Positions 43,751-54,884 of a stretch of DNA of 64,000 nt are shown here, in pieces. How positions within the stretch are numbered: the stretch's first letter is position 1; each line of letters opens with the position of its first letter. Below the pieces are notes generated by a model. That model did no database searches, was not told where the DNA came from, and saw only the letters and a list, made by a program, of their open reading frames with translations. The stretch is from Betaproteobacteria bacterium (GTDB lineage: Bacteria > Pseudomonadota > Gammaproteobacteria > Burkholderiales > Burkholderiaceae_E): NCBI GenBank assembly GCA_043789035.1, contig JAYWIG010000039.1, positions 2,434 through 66,433 on the forward strand, given 5' to 3'. The position numbers were made by a program, and so were the translations under genes.

Positions 43751-45934
43751 CTAACTAGGAGCCCCTCGCACCTCGAATCTCACCTGTTCAAGCAATGCGC
43801 CACTTTGGCTATGTAAGGCCAGGCTATGCTTACCGACCGCCAACTTCCAAGCCATCGCATTCGGGTAGTTCTTACCATTGAGCCGCCATTGCGCATTGGC
43901 CGGTGTAGAAGTACCAGAAGTAAATCGAATCACCTGCTTCGTCAACGGAATGTCTGGATCGATGGCATAAATCGCGCCATCAACTGGATAGGCAATTAAA
44001 CGGCTAGCTCTATTGGCTTGGCTTACTAAGCGAATTTCTTTGGTCTGCGTTCCAGCCAAAAACAATTCGTTACGCTCTGGTTCGGAAACGCCCACGAACG
44101 AAATCGGTTGGGTCACCACTAGTGCAGGCGGCAATGCACGAGTTGAATTCAACGCAACCCCGCTATGCACAAACCGCATCATGCCATTCCAAATCGGCGC
44201 AGCACCACTCACACCTGAAACACCGCGCATGGGTGTGCCACTGGCATTACCCACCCAAACTCCCACGGTAAATCTCTCACTAAACCCAATGCACCAGTTA
44301 TCACGCATGTCTTTGCTAGTGCCCGTTTTTACAGAGGCGCGAAACGGTAAACGCAAAGCGCTATCCAAGCCAAAGGTTGATGCTCTGGCTTCATTGTCGC
44401 TCAACATATCGCTCACAATGTAGGCCACCTCGGCCGACATCACTCTTTTGCTCTCATTCGTAGTTGGCAAGAAACTTGGTGGCGACATCAAACCACCGTT
44501 AGCTAAAGCTCGATAGGCGTTCGTCAAATCGATCAAGCGCACGTCTGCGCTCCCCAAGGCAAGGCTGTATCCGTAGAAGCCCCCGTCATGCGAAACAGAT
44601 TGCAACCCAATGTGTCGTAAGGAGTTCGCAAACTCATCAATATCGAGCATTGCCAGGGTTCGCACCGCTGGCACATTTAAAGAACTAGCCAGCGCCTTGC
44701 GTACGCTTACCCAACCTTTGTAGTCTTCGCTGTAATTGCGTGGCACATATTGCGCATCGGCAGTGCGAATGGCAAAAGCAGAATCATCAATGAGCGATGC
44801 GGCCGTAAGCTTTTTCTTCTCAATCGCCATGGCATATAAAAACGGCTTGAGTGTGGAGCCAGCTTGCCTAAGCGAAGCCGCAGCATCAAATTGCGCAGCT
44901 CGGGAGAAATCCCCGCTTGAACCTACATAGGCAAGCACTTGCCCAGTCGCGTTATCGAGAACCACCACGGCACCGTCTTCAACGCCACGGTTAACTAACT
45001 CGCGAAGCTGTTCTGCCAATGCTTGTTGAGCATGCTTTTGAGTCGGTAAATCAATACTCGTTTGTAGAGTTTTACCACTTACCAGTGTTTGGGTAGCTTT
45101 TAGGCGTTGGGCAACGTGCGGCACGAAGTTGTCATCATGCCGCTGAACATAGGGCTTATTTAAACGAGCAATCGGCATATCTTGCGGCTCGCAATGCTCG
45201 GCAAGGTGAAGGTACAAACGGCATGCCCGCTTAGCCACTAACGCAGGCTTGGCTTGAGGCGCTGCGATCAAACTCGCTAATACGGCGGATTCCCGGTGGG
45301 TAAGGCCAACGGCACTCTTCGCAAAGAATGCTTGGGCAGCAGCTTCAATACCCCGTTGCTCGCCGCGATAGTAAATTGTATTGAGGTAGGCTTCAAGAAG
45401 TTCGTTTTTACTCGCCTGATTTTCCAACTGCCATGCCGAACGCATTTGCTGCAGTTTCGCCCAGAAATTCCTCCTAGAACGTTGGCCCTGCGATTGAACA
45501 GAATCGGCCAAGATTTGACCCACGAGCTGCATTGATATCGTACTGGCGCCACGTCTAGCCTTTGAACCTGTGAGCAATGCATAGGTGTTCTGCCCAACCG
45601 CTGCAGCAGTAGCGACAAAATCGACACCGCCGTGAGAATAAAAATTCTTATCCTCCGCTAACAATACTGCGCTCACCAAAGCGGGTGACACTTTGCTTAA
45701 AGGCACCCATTCCAAACGTCGTTCATTTTCGTTTAATCGAATCGTATGTAGCGCTTGTCCTTGCCTGTCCATTAAGTAAGCATTCGATGACGGGGCTACC
45801 TCAGCTGTCGGCAAACGCAATACTTTAGGTTGCGTTTGCCATGCCGCCAGAGCGACAACAACCGTTGTAAGGCAACCACCTAAAACTATAAGACCCTTGC
45901 TTGGCATCGACATCATTTGGCCACCACTGTCCAA
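43751..45934 (-). CDS. pbpC: Penicillin-binding protein 1C
   Basis: The GT51 motif is EDKNFYSHGGVD, the transpeptidase motif is STLKP and there is a PbpC-type C-terminal domain. It lies directly downstream of, and overlaps, the alpha-2-macroglobulin gene. The start is ambiguous (ATGs at 45934, 45916, 45913, 45907). Confidence 0.85.
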   Translation of the reverse strand: MDSGGQMMSMPSKGLIVLGGCLTTVVVALAAWQTQPKVLRLPTAEVAPSSNAYLMDRQGQALHTIRLNENERRLEWVPLSKVSPALVSAVLLAEDKNFYSHGGVDFVATAAAVGQNTYALLTGSKARRGASTISMQLVGQILADSVQSQGQRSRRNFWAKLQQMRSAWQLENQASKNELLEAYLNTIYYRGEQRGIEAAAQAFFAKSAVGLTHRESAVLASLIAAPQAKPALVAKRACRLYLHLAEHCEPQDMPIARLNKPYVQRHDDNFVPHVAQRLKATQTLVSGKTLQTSIDLPTQKHAQQALAEQLRELVNRGVEDGAVVVLDNATGQVLAYVGSSGDFSRAAQFDAAASLRQAGSTLKPFLYAMAIEKKKLTAASLIDDSAFAIRTADAQYVPRNYSEDYKGWVSVRKALASSLNVPAVRTLAMLDIDEFANSLRHIGLQSVSHDGGFYGYSLALGSADVRLIDLTNAYRALANGGLMSPPSFLPTTNESKRVMSAEVAYIVSDMLSDNEARASTFGLDSALRLPFRASVKTGTSKDMRDNWCIGFSERFTVGVWVGNASGTPMRGVSGVSGAAPIWNGMMRFVHSGVALNSTRALPPALVVTQPISFVGVSEPERNELFLAGTQTKEIRLVSQANRASRLIAYPVDGAIYAIDPDIPLTKQVIRFTSGTSTPANAQWRLNGKNYPNAMAWKLAVGKHSLALHSQSGALLEQVRFEVRGAPS

Positions 45935-48900
45935 TCCGCATTCGGCAGCAACCCATATACGCTAGGCTTATACATGGCTTCGATCCTACTCGCTGGCACC
46001 TTCAATACACCGGCTTGCGATACCCGGAAGGTATAGCTCAAGGTTGTGACACCTTTTGGCAAGTACTCATAAAACGCGCGATAAGAATCGAAACGTTGCT
46101 CCTCGAATGCCAACCATGCATAACTCCTGCGCGAACCATCATTACTCGGTTTGCTCGCCGCTTCGCTGCTCTTTTTCAACTCCACTTCACTAGCCCGCAA
46201 GCTGCCTAAAATGCTTGCGCCTGCAGGGATGGTGTCCGACATTGCCACCCAAGTCATGCTCTGTGCGGCATCAATGGTTAGCTCCACTCGATAAACATCA
46301 CCCACAGTCACCTTACCCGCTTGGGCCTGCGAAACCGGGATAAGTTTCTTAGCCAGCTTAAAGCCTTGGTCAACGGCACCTTGGACGGGAATAGCAGCTA
46401 CCACCATCACAGTGGCATAGGGGCGACCGGTACCTTGGTGCTTAATGTCAAGTCGATCTGCCCGGGCTCCATTAGCTTGCCCTGCAGCAGTTACTTCCTT
46501 GTCTGAAGGCCAAGGCACTTCTAATTGCTTAGCAGAGTTAGGGCCACCAGCCACTGTGGCTGTAAGCCACGCACTAGTTGCCGTTCTTGCTCCCAAATCG
46601 ACAGTGGTGGAACCAGTCACGGCATCACGCTCAAAGCCTTGCGCATATTTCTCTAACGCAAAACTACCCCACAAATTGGCTGTGGTTGTACCCCATGCGC
46701 CATTACGCTGCCTAGCCATCAGACCTTGCATCAATCTAGGCATGTCTTGCAACCATTCAGCTAAGAGCGCTGGCGAACTTTCACGGCTATCCATGATCGC
46801 GTACAGCAGTTTCGCAGCGTTAGTATCGCTACTGGCCATCATCCACCACCAGTCATCCCTGCCCTCGTTGTCGAAAGTCATCTCCATGCCGACCATACGC
46901 ATGCGATTCCGCAATACACCATAGCCTTGGGCTAACCATTGTTCTTTTTGCTTGGTCCTAGCGGCATCAAACTTCATTCGCGCCACCACCGATACCCAAT
47001 CAATCACCTGCGATGTTGGCCATTTCGCCATACTCTCTGCAGACGCATCAATCACTGAAAGCATGGCCGGTGTTGCTCTACCGTGTAAGGTAAGCGCTTC
47101 AATCGCTGTTAGCAATCGAGCTGAATCGACACCAACAAAACTACTCGGGCTGTACAAATCGCGTCGTAACTTGCCTTGAGCAAACAAGCTCAAGGCATTC
47201 AACATGCGCTCTAATGGCTCCTCCGGTATTACCCATTTACCCGCATGCGCGGCAGAAATAACATAGGCTGTCAGTACATCACTGCCTTGGGTTCGTTCCG
47301 ACGGATAGTAGGCAGCCAAACCATCTTTATCTAAATAAGTTGGCAAGGTATCGGAAATGATTTTCCACAACGGCGCGCTGCGCATGCCCACCGCTTTGGA
47401 GGTGCGCTGCTCAAGGCAATAAAACGGATACTCATCAAAGTATCTTTTCACACCCGCCGTTGCAAACCCAAGCTTCTCAGTAAACTCCACTCGTACTTGG
47501 CTTCGGCCAGAAATACCACCAACTGGTGCTTTCACTGGTATCGATTGCGGGCCATCAACGCGAACCAACTGGGCTGCAACAATGCCATTGGCCACAAAGG
47601 GCTTCACCACTTGAGTCACTGTAAGCTCGTCACTCCGCTGGCCCGAGGTCGCTCTTAACAGCCACTTCAAGTCACCCAATATCGAAGCACTATCCTGCTC
47701 TGCTGCATAGTTCACAGGCCAATTCACCTGCTGGTTAGCTTGCGCCGGTAGCTCAATGGCTTGCTCGAAACTAAATTTTCCAGCAGCGGCTTTGAATTGC
47801 ACGGTAAGTGGCGCATTCGTCGTGTTTCGCAAAGTAGCGCTGGCGGTAATCTGGTCGCCTTCTCTCACCAATGGCGGTAAGCCAGAAATGATTTGCAAGT
47901 CTTTAGTCACATCGAACGCAGTCGAACCCGTACCAACTAGATCGTCGCCCGATTCTGCAAACACCATCACCCTGAATCGCGTCAAGGAATCATTGGCTTT
48001 AAATTTAATCTGCGCTTTGCCTTCGCTATCTAGCACCACATCCGGGTTCCAATAGGCAAGCGTATCCAACATTTCACGGGTTGCACCACGTCCGCCACCT
48101 CCGCCGGGGGCTTGGGCTTTCAATCCAAAGTGGCGTTTACCTATCACTAGCATTTGCGCGGTCGATGTTTGCACACCATAGCTTCGATTGCGCCACAAAC
48201 CAGCCACCAAATCCCAGCTATCGTTGGCTTTCAGTTCTAGCAATGCCTCATCAACCACGGCTACAGCGATACGCGAAGGTGTTTTATCTCTCGCTTTCAT
48301 GCCTTGCACTTGCACCATGGCAGTAACTTCTTGCCTCGGTTCTACCTTCAGCATTGAAGGCATCACAGTGACTTTTAACGATTGCGTTGCAGGCACTTTT
48401 ATTTCGGTTAAACCAATTCGAAAACTAGGCTTGGCCAAATCAACCATTGCAGTGGCAGGCAACAGCGATTGTTTTCTAGACTTCCACCATTGCAAGGGCG
48501 ACTTCCAACCCCAAGTAAAGAAACTACCCCAACTCAAAGGTTCCAAGCGAGGGCGAATCGCGAGAACCGAGACCATAACGTTCGGGGCATATTCTGCCTT
48601 TATTGGCACTTCAATCGTCGGGTTGCCGCGATTCAGTTCCATCACAAACGCCTCAATAATTCCTTCACGTTCGACAGAAACCAATGCCGTTGCTTTCTCG
48701 AACGGCATCAATAGTTGAAACCGTGCGTTCTCACCAGCAACTACCGTGCGCTTCTCTGGAATCAAATCAATTCGGTCACTATCGCCTTGCTCATACCAAG
48801 ATGTATCGCTGGCCTCATCCCCGCCATAGTTGTAGGACCAAACCTGCTTACCTGCATTAGCTTCTTGGCCATTGCTATCTTTAGCAGTAGCAAGCAAAAG

Positions 48901-51900
48901 TAGGTTTGCACTTGAATTGCGCTCTTTATTGTCTAGACTGGCTTTTGCAATCGTGCAATTCAACATCCCTTTTGCATCTGTCTTGCCACTACATACCTCG
49001 CCAAGCGCTTTGTATTCGGTATTGTTTTCATATCGATAAAAGCCGCCAACGGTTCGATTGCGAACACTCGTCGTTGTCTTGACAAAACCGTCAACGCTGA
49101 CTGCCACACCTGCTATTGGTTTACCTGCTGGAGACAGCGCAATGATCTGATGCGTCCTATCCTTACCAGCCCACCAATCGCTGCCTTTAAAACCTAGCAC
49201 TAAATGAGCTGGCCACACCACCGCACTATTCGATATGGTTTGAATCTCACCATTAGGGTCAGGGTAGTTTACTTCCACCCTTATGCTTTGAGCTTCTGAA
49301 AATACCGTAGGCTTGGCATTCAATAGCAACTTACCCGCACCGTTGGCGTCTAGCTTCAACTCCTTCTTATCAGCTAAAAGAACACTATCGGTCTGCCCTC
49401 TTAACTTTTTTAACTTCTCGGGTATGGTTTGGATACTTGCATTACTCTCAGTTGCTTCATTTCTTTCTTCGTCTTCAATTCGAATTCCTAATTTCGATGC
49501 AACCCCACCAAAACTAAACTCAGGGTATTCAGAAAACCTTGGGTTGTATCGATTAGCCAACGCACTCACTGTGGTCGATAGCCCAGCAGCAGCCCCACCA
49601 TTAATGAAATTCATTTGCACAGCCACGTCATTGCCGGATTTCACATCAATCACGCCGCGCATCGTTGGTAAGCGAAATTCAGCGACCTGAAAACCGCCAA
49701 GATCAACCGAATTGACCCCAGCGCCATTATCGAGTTCGCTCGTGTTGCTTGTATTCGCTTTTACGGCGCGTACCGAATACATACCTAACCTTGCCTGAGC
49801 GGGAATTGACCATTCAGATGTTGCCGTGCCACCCTTCTTGTCATGCGTTAGCCACTTAATGGGCACGGTATAGGTTTGTTCCGAACCTTGATGGGCAATT
49901 TCAATTGTTGTAAAACCATTCATAATCTCCGCACCGGGGCGAGCTAGGCCAGCCGCAACTGCTTTTCGGAACATGTGCTTCATATGCACCACTTCGCCTT
50001 GGCGCAACAAGTTGCGAGCGAAGATCGTGTGCCCAAACAATGCCTCTTCCGGGCTACTGCCATAACTTGTACTCACGTTAAAGCGCCACGGTTCTATGCC
50101 CTCATTCCAGGTGCTTGAAACGAACGAGAAATCATTGTCTTTCCTTGCTGTAGCGACATACCAAGCAGCAGGCTGGTCGTAGCCTCCCTCATCCCTGGCA
50201 TCTTCTACGGGGGCTTGCTTCGCCTTGCTATCGCTAGCTTTCGATTTTTCAGCAAACATTGCCGATACTTTCTTACCCGCTGCCTCACACTTAGCAGGAG
50301 CAACTTTGGCTAAAGGCTCCGCAATCCGAGCAATACCATTTTTGTCAGTCACGCCTTTCCAAACACTGTCGCCCAAACAATTCAAAACATTGAGCTGCGC
50401 CTCGGGAATTACTTTGCCGGTTTCAAGTGACGTTACCCATACCAAGGCATTCTCACTGCTGAGTTTCAAATGCACCGCCATTCCAGTAACGAGCGCATAA
50501 GAGCGCACATACATTTTTCGATCAGTACCGTCTGCGCGTGGCTCTAAGATAGTCTTGCCCAGCACGTCGCTTTCGATTTCAACCCTGTGCAACCCAGGTT
50601 GCGTTAGCGGAATACCCATTACCTGCATAGATTGTGTCGTGGCCAAGGCGGGAACATTCAAAGGCTTCAACGCGCCGTCTTTTGCCAGAAGCGGTATCTG
50701 CCGAGTCGTGTATTCATTGCGGCTCTCAAACTCAGACATTTGCAGCCATTGAATCAACTTCGCGTCATCAGAAGTGCTTTCAGAACGAATCGACAAACCA
50801 TCTTTTTGGCCAAGGTTTCGGATAGTCACGGGTAACGCGCCAATCTGACGCTCAACCACACCAAAACTTGCAGAAAATTTCGCCAAGGGCGGCGCATTAC
50901 CTGTCTTAAACTTCAGCGAATCGAGCGAGGTTTGAGTTAAGGTTCGACCGAACAAATCGATTAAACCTTTGCCCGGCACCACCGTGTATTGCATGCTTTC
51001 CTCAAACGGCGGCTTAAACTCAACCGACGTTATCTCGTCACCGTCTCTAGCGCCAACTGTCGCCTTAATCACTTGGCCCTTTGCTGATTTCAGCACAATC
51101 TCCTTTGCATCCTTCACGCTCACAGGGGTTGAAAAAACCAGGCTCACCGGCCTGACGGGAATACACGGCCGATTTGCCTGCTCTCGCTCACAAGTCATGG
51201 AAGCGCGAAACGCTGGTTGGGTTGAATACTCGATGGCCTTACCCCACACAATATTCACTCGCGCATCTTCCCCTAATGGCCGCGCACAACGCGCCACCGC
51301 CAACCGAGCCGTATCTAACCCCCTAGGCAATTGCTTCTTCAACGCATCGACAACTGCCTTAGCCTCTTCAGGCTTCACCAGTTGTAAATCGATGCGCTCA
51401 CCAAACTTCGAACTACTGCAATAGGGTTTACCCGCCTTAAACGCATCGGCAATTGAAACGTTCGACGGTACGTTGGTTTGCAACACAAAAATCTGATTTT
51501 CATCGATGCGCTCATAGCTATCTGGCCACGCACGAATAACTACCGGTTGCGCACTTGCAAACTTAAACGTTACAGGTTTAAAGCCAGGGTTATTGGCCAA
51601 ACTCACCACCGCTTCGCATTGGCTGCCTGCAGCAATAGGCTCCGCAAAACTCGCTTCCCACTGTTCGCCAGTCGCCCACCGCGCCCGCACCAACGGCATT
51701 TTCTGCCCATTGCAAACCACGCTCACCGGAATGTTGGACTTTTCACCCAATGCAGAGACATTTGTATTGAAGCGAACGCTGGTTTGTTCGATCAGCGCAT
51801 CAACGCCCGTAGGCGTAAATTTTTCGATGCGTATTTGTGTAGGCGAAGGTGCTTGCGCGAAGGAATACCCAGTCAATAAACCAAGAGTGAGAAACGCGCC

Positions 51901-51930
51901 AGCGAGGGGAGAAAATTGAATCTTCATCAT
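45913..51930 (-). CDS. Bacterial alpha-2-macroglobulin family protein (2005 aa) with thioester motif
   Basis: A single 6-kb ORF with a signal peptide, MG-domain-like repeats and the thioester CLEQ in YPFYCLEQRTSKA. It shows the conserved pairing with pbpC. Confidence 0.9.
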   Translation of the reverse strand: MMKIQFSPLAGAFLTLGLLTGYSFAQAPSPTQIRIEKFTPTGVDALIEQTSVRFNTNVSALGEKSNIPVSVVCNGQKMPLVRARWATGEQWEASFAEPIAAGSQCEAVVSLANNPGFKPVTFKFASAQPVVIRAWPDSYERIDENQIFVLQTNVPSNVSIADAFKAGKPYCSSSKFGERIDLQLVKPEEAKAVVDALKKQLPRGLDTARLAVARCARPLGEDARVNIVWGKAIEYSTQPAFRASMTCEREQANRPCIPVRPVSLVFSTPVSVKDAKEIVLKSAKGQVIKATVGARDGDEITSVEFKPPFEESMQYTVVPGKGLIDLFGRTLTQTSLDSLKFKTGNAPPLAKFSASFGVVERQIGALPVTIRNLGQKDGLSIRSESTSDDAKLIQWLQMSEFESRNEYTTRQIPLLAKDGALKPLNVPALATTQSMQVMGIPLTQPGLHRVEIESDVLGKTILEPRADGTDRKMYVRSYALVTGMAVHLKLSSENALVWVTSLETGKVIPEAQLNVLNCLGDSVWKGVTDKNGIARIAEPLAKVAPAKCEAAGKKVSAMFAEKSKASDSKAKQAPVEDARDEGGYDQPAAWYVATARKDNDFSFVSSTWNEGIEPWRFNVSTSYGSSPEEALFGHTIFARNLLRQGEVVHMKHMFRKAVAAGLARPGAEIMNGFTTIEIAHQGSEQTYTVPIKWLTHDKKGGTATSEWSIPAQARLGMYSVRAVKANTSNTSELDNGAGVNSVDLGGFQVAEFRLPTMRGVIDVKSGNDVAVQMNFINGGAAAGLSTTVSALANRYNPRFSEYPEFSFGGVASKLGIRIEDEERNEATESNASIQTIPEKLKKLRGQTDSVLLADKKELKLDANGAGKLLLNAKPTVFSEAQSIRVEVNYPDPNGEIQTISNSAVVWPAHLVLGFKGSDWWAGKDRTHQIIALSPAGKPIAGVAVSVDGFVKTTTSVRNRTVGGFYRYENNTEYKALGEVCSGKTDAKGMLNCTIAKASLDNKERNSSANLLLLATAKDSNGQEANAGKQVWSYNYGGDEASDTSWYEQGDSDRIDLIPEKRTVVAGENARFQLLMPFEKATALVSVEREGIIEAFVMELNRGNPTIEVPIKAEYAPNVMVSVLAIRPRLEPLSWGSFFTWGWKSPLQWWKSRKQSLLPATAMVDLAKPSFRIGLTEIKVPATQSLKVTVMPSMLKVEPRQEVTAMVQVQGMKARDKTPSRIAVAVVDEALLELKANDSWDLVAGLWRNRSYGVQTSTAQMLVIGKRHFGLKAQAPGGGGGRGATREMLDTLAYWNPDVVLDSEGKAQIKFKANDSLTRFRVMVFAESGDDLVGTGSTAFDVTKDLQIISGLPPLVREGDQITASATLRNTTNAPLTVQFKAAAGKFSFEQAIELPAQANQQVNWPVNYAAEQDSASILGDLKWLLRATSGQRSDELTVTQVVKPFVANGIVAAQLVRVDGPQSIPVKAPVGGISGRSQVRVEFTEKLGFATAGVKRYFDEYPFYCLEQRTSKAVGMRSAPLWKIISDTLPTYLDKDGLAAYYPSERTQGSDVLTAYVISAAHAGKWVIPEEPLERMLNALSLFAQGKLRRDLYSPSSFVGVDSARLLTAIEALTLHGRATPAMLSVIDASAESMAKWPTSQVIDWVSVVARMKFDAARTKQKEQWLAQGYGVLRNRMRMVGMEMTFDNEGRDDWWWMMASSDTNAAKLLYAIMDSRESSPALLAEWLQDMPRLMQGLMARQRNGAWGTTTANLWGSFALEKYAQGFERDAVTGSTTVDLGARTATSAWLTATVAGGPNSAKQLEVPWPSDKEVTAAGQANGARADRLDIKHQGTGRPYATVMVVAAIPVQGAVDQGFKLAKKLIPVSQAQAGKVTVGDVYRVELTIDAAQSMTWVAMSDTIPAGASILGSLRASEVELKKSSEAASKPSNDGSRRSYAWLAFEEQRFDSYRAFYEYLPKGVTTLSYTFRVSQAGVLKVPASRIEAMYKPSVYGLLPNADWTVVAK

Positions 51931-52235
51931 TAATCCTGATATGCAAATCGACCTAGCTCACCCGAACGGTTACGGCGAAGAAGGCAACAATTGGCAGGTA
52001 AGCGTAGCGCATAAAAACTTCTATGTCGTCAATGTTTTAATAAGATCGGCAGTACAGACATTTATAATAGCAACCAGTAATCTCGCAAAACAGCGGGTTC
52101 TAGGAATCTATAGGGGGTGCGTCGGAATTTTTCTTCCGGGCTCAAGTTGCTTAACTGCTTGCCCAGGCAAACCTACTTACACCAAATTGCCACGGCCAGA
52201 TTAGAGAACCTTAAAGCGCAATAGGACAGGCTTCG

Positions 52236-52285
52236 CAGAAAAGCAAAGAGCCGTGCTGATGTTCAATCTGAATCGGCTCTAAGTA
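52236..52285 (-). terminator. Possible rho-independent terminator after the 52297-53040 gene
   Basis: The minus strand reads AGAGCCG-(20 nt loop)-CGGCTCT followed by TTGCTTTTC. The stem is only 7 bp and the loop is long, so this is weak. Confidence 0.35.
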
Positions 52286-52296
52286 AGTCAAGGGTG

Positions 52297-53040
52297 TTAC
52301 GCCAAACCCATCAACAACCTAACCAGCTCCTCCGGCGCACTAACCATAGCATCATGCCCCGTTTGCAACTCGGTCAAATCCCAACCGCCGCCCCAAAACT
52401 TCTCGTCACGCACCCGTAACCGGCTTGGTGCGATACCTGGCGATGCTGGTGCCACACAATCGTAAAAGTAGCGTGGCAACCTCGCTAACCTTGCAATATC
52501 GAATTGCAAAGGTTGTAGATAAGTACCCAAAGGCTGCGGCCGTTGCCTGCGATTCACCCAATCAGCATCTGCACCTTCCAACCCAAAGCCAGATGCGGGC
52601 GGAACTGCAATACCCTTTAAGGGATGGCCCATCGCACTCTCGGTTCTGGCCTTCACCATATCCGGGTTTTGGGTGCTCGACCAAGACTCACCTGGCAATG
52701 GCAATATCGCATCGACATACACAAGCTTAGCAACCTTGGGATTCTCGTTTTTGGCTTCATATGCAGCCATCAATCGATCGGCAGTGCCGGTGATAACCAT
52801 GCCGCCATAACTGTGGCCTACCAAGATAGGTTGAGTTAACTCTTCGTTAGCAATGAGAGCGAGAACATCGGCAATATGTGTATCTAAATTAATATTGGGC
52901 GATAACTGGTGCGATCTATCGCCAACCCCAGTTAAGGTCAGCGCGTGAGCTTTATGCCCAGCTTTAATCAACGCAGGCAATATTCTTTGCCAACACCAAC
53001 CACCATGCCAAGCACCATGCACTAAAACAAACTCAGCCAT
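52297..53040 (-). CDS. Alpha/beta hydrolase (methylesterase/SABP2-like)
   Basis: FVLVHGAWHGGWCW and the nucleophile elbow GHSYGG. There is no signal peptide. Confidence 0.75.
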   Translation of the reverse strand: MAEFVLVHGAWHGGWCWQRILPALIKAGHKAHALTLTGVGDRSHQLSPNINLDTHIADVLALIANEELTQPILVGHSYGGMVITGTADRLMAAYEAKNENPKVAKLVYVDAILPLPGESWSSTQNPDMVKARTESAMGHPLKGIAVPPASGFGLEGADADWVNRRQRPQPLGTYLQPLQFDIARLARLPRYFYDCVAPASPGIAPSRLRVRDEKFWGGGWDLTELQTGHDAMVSAPEELVRLLMGLA

Positions 53041-53071
53041 TTTTGTCTACCCTATCTACACTATGTATCTT

Positions 53072-54781
53072 TTATTTCTCGCAAGCAAAGCTGCTTGCCG
53101 CATCCACGTCGCCTGATTTGTAACGCGGCACCAACGGGAATTCACACATAGGCCGCTGGCGCAGTGCTTTAAATGGCGGCACCGTTTCTTGTTCTGTCAG
53201 TATCAATAGTTGTTTTGTCCCCGGTGCTCTGCCGCGCTCAACCCAATCAACTAGTAAATTAGGCATGTCGATGTTGGCAGGTGCACCTGAACCAACATGG
53301 TCTACACCTGGGGCTAGATATAAACGTGCAAAATCACCTACCGTGCCCTCTCCCATTTTATTCTTAACAGTCTTAAAGTATTGAATGCCCGCATTAGCAC
53401 TCTGAGCATAGTCGGCAATGTGCTCCATCATGATCAGTTTGCCACCACGTGCTTTGAAAGCAGAAAGATCGGGGTTGGTGGCATCCATGTTTTGCGAAAG
53501 CGCGCGCACCCTCTCCGCAAAGTCGCCAGGCTTAAAGTTACGCACATCGTAGTTGGCATCTCTAGCAAAAAAATACTGCACTGCACCTGCACCGTAAAAC
53601 CAAGTAATGCTGTTGGCTGGCCCCGGCGGTATAGTGGGTGCAGATTGCCCAGTCCACCAACTTACCCAACCGCCAGTTGGCCCACTACCTACCGTACCTT
53701 CACCGCCCATTGCATAACCCGGATATTGCGTTACGCCATTGGCCATCGGGAACGGGTACTTCAAAGGAGTACGTAAAAGCTTTACGGCATTCACCTGCCC
53801 ATCGCTCAAACACTGATCGCCAGCATCCGCACCGTTTGGGCAGCGCAACGCGGTAGGATCGAATTTCTTTTCACAAGCCTGAAAATCGCTCACGATGCCG
53901 TCTGCCAAACCATCTAAGGTATCGCAAGCGGCCAAGGTAGCCTCATGCACCAGCTTCACCTTGGATGGGTTAATCCATGAGGCACCCGAGAGCGAAATAC
54001 CGCTTCGCGTACCGAACATCTGCAACCCTACCCAGTTGAGTACAGGTACCCGACTAAACACGCCATCGAAATCATTCGGGTAACGTTGGACAACCAACAT
54101 ACCCTCGCGCCCCCCTTCGGAACTACCGGCAAAATAAAGTTTATTCGGGCCTTCGCCGTAATACCGCTTCATTGCCTCGACCGCTACGTCACGAACTTTT
54201 TTGTACGAGAGGTGCGTAAAGTTATCTAGCGCTTCATCATTCAGCGCAAACACCTGTGGCGGAGTATTCGGCTTGTTCTGATGGCCTGAATCGGTACCGT
54301 AAGTCACAAAGCCATTCTGTAGCGGTGCCGGTAAATCGAAACGCCCGCTAGGTACCAAACCGAGCGCGTTAATCAGTACGCCATTAAAACCACCACCGCC
54401 GTATTGCACAGAGCGGCCATTCCACGAAGTTGGCATATTGATTTGAAACTCAATATTGGGCGCGGTGGCGTCAATAGGCGCTATAAACCCTAGTAGTTGG
54501 CAATAATCGGGCTTTGCAGGGTTAATTAAACTGGCGGGTGTTGGCCCAGCAGCATTGACGCTAATGGGTGACGCGGCAACCGCCTGAGCGCTACGAATCG
54601 TCACTTGCCCCGCTAAGACACCGATGACTGAAGCAGGCATTACACCGACCAGCGCTGAGCAAGTTAACACCGGCAACCGTATTGTGGCAGGTGCAGCATT
54701 CCCAGTAGGAGTTACCGTTGAAGTGCAACTTGTTAACAATCCGATGGCAAAAAAGCCACTCACGCAATGAACTATTTTCAT
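53072..54781 (-). CDS. Tannase/feruloyl-esterase family lipoprotein
   Basis: The lipobox is LLTSC. The family-typical FAGSSEGGREG reads G-S-S-x-G-G-R-x-G, versus GCSxGGRxG in the family. There are multiple conserved Cys. Confidence 0.75.
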   Translation of the reverse strand: MKIVHCVSGFFAIGLLTSCTSTVTPTGNAAPATIRLPVLTCSALVGVMPASVIGVLAGQVTIRSAQAVAASPISVNAAGPTPASLINPAKPDYCQLLGFIAPIDATAPNIEFQINMPTSWNGRSVQYGGGGFNGVLINALGLVPSGRFDLPAPLQNGFVTYGTDSGHQNKPNTPPQVFALNDEALDNFTHLSYKKVRDVAVEAMKRYYGEGPNKLYFAGSSEGGREGMLVVQRYPNDFDGVFSRVPVLNWVGLQMFGTRSGISLSGASWINPSKVKLVHEATLAACDTLDGLADGIVSDFQACEKKFDPTALRCPNGADAGDQCLSDGQVNAVKLLRTPLKYPFPMANGVTQYPGYAMGGEGTVGSGPTGGWVSWWTGQSAPTIPPGPANSITWFYGAGAVQYFFARDANYDVRNFKPGDFAERVRALSQNMDATNPDLSAFKARGGKLIMMEHIADYAQSANAGIQYFKTVKNKMGEGTVGDFARLYLAPGVDHVGSGAPANIDMPNLLVDWVERGRAPGTKQLLILTEQETVPPFKALRQRPMCEFPLVPRYKSGDVDAASSFACEK

Positions 54782-54884
54782 CCTATGCTTCCAGAAGTTT
54801 TATCAATACCGCTTTAGGACTATCCTAGCGCAACACGTTTAAACACGCCCCGGCCACGAAAGTAACCTTCGAGCAAATTCCATT

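Noticed and set aside
46445-51424. Many 60-176-aa plus-strand ORFs (for example 46445-46924, 48188-48718, 50969-51424)
   Set aside because: All lie antisense within the single 6-kb alpha-2-macroglobulin ORF. They are low-complexity and have no family features.
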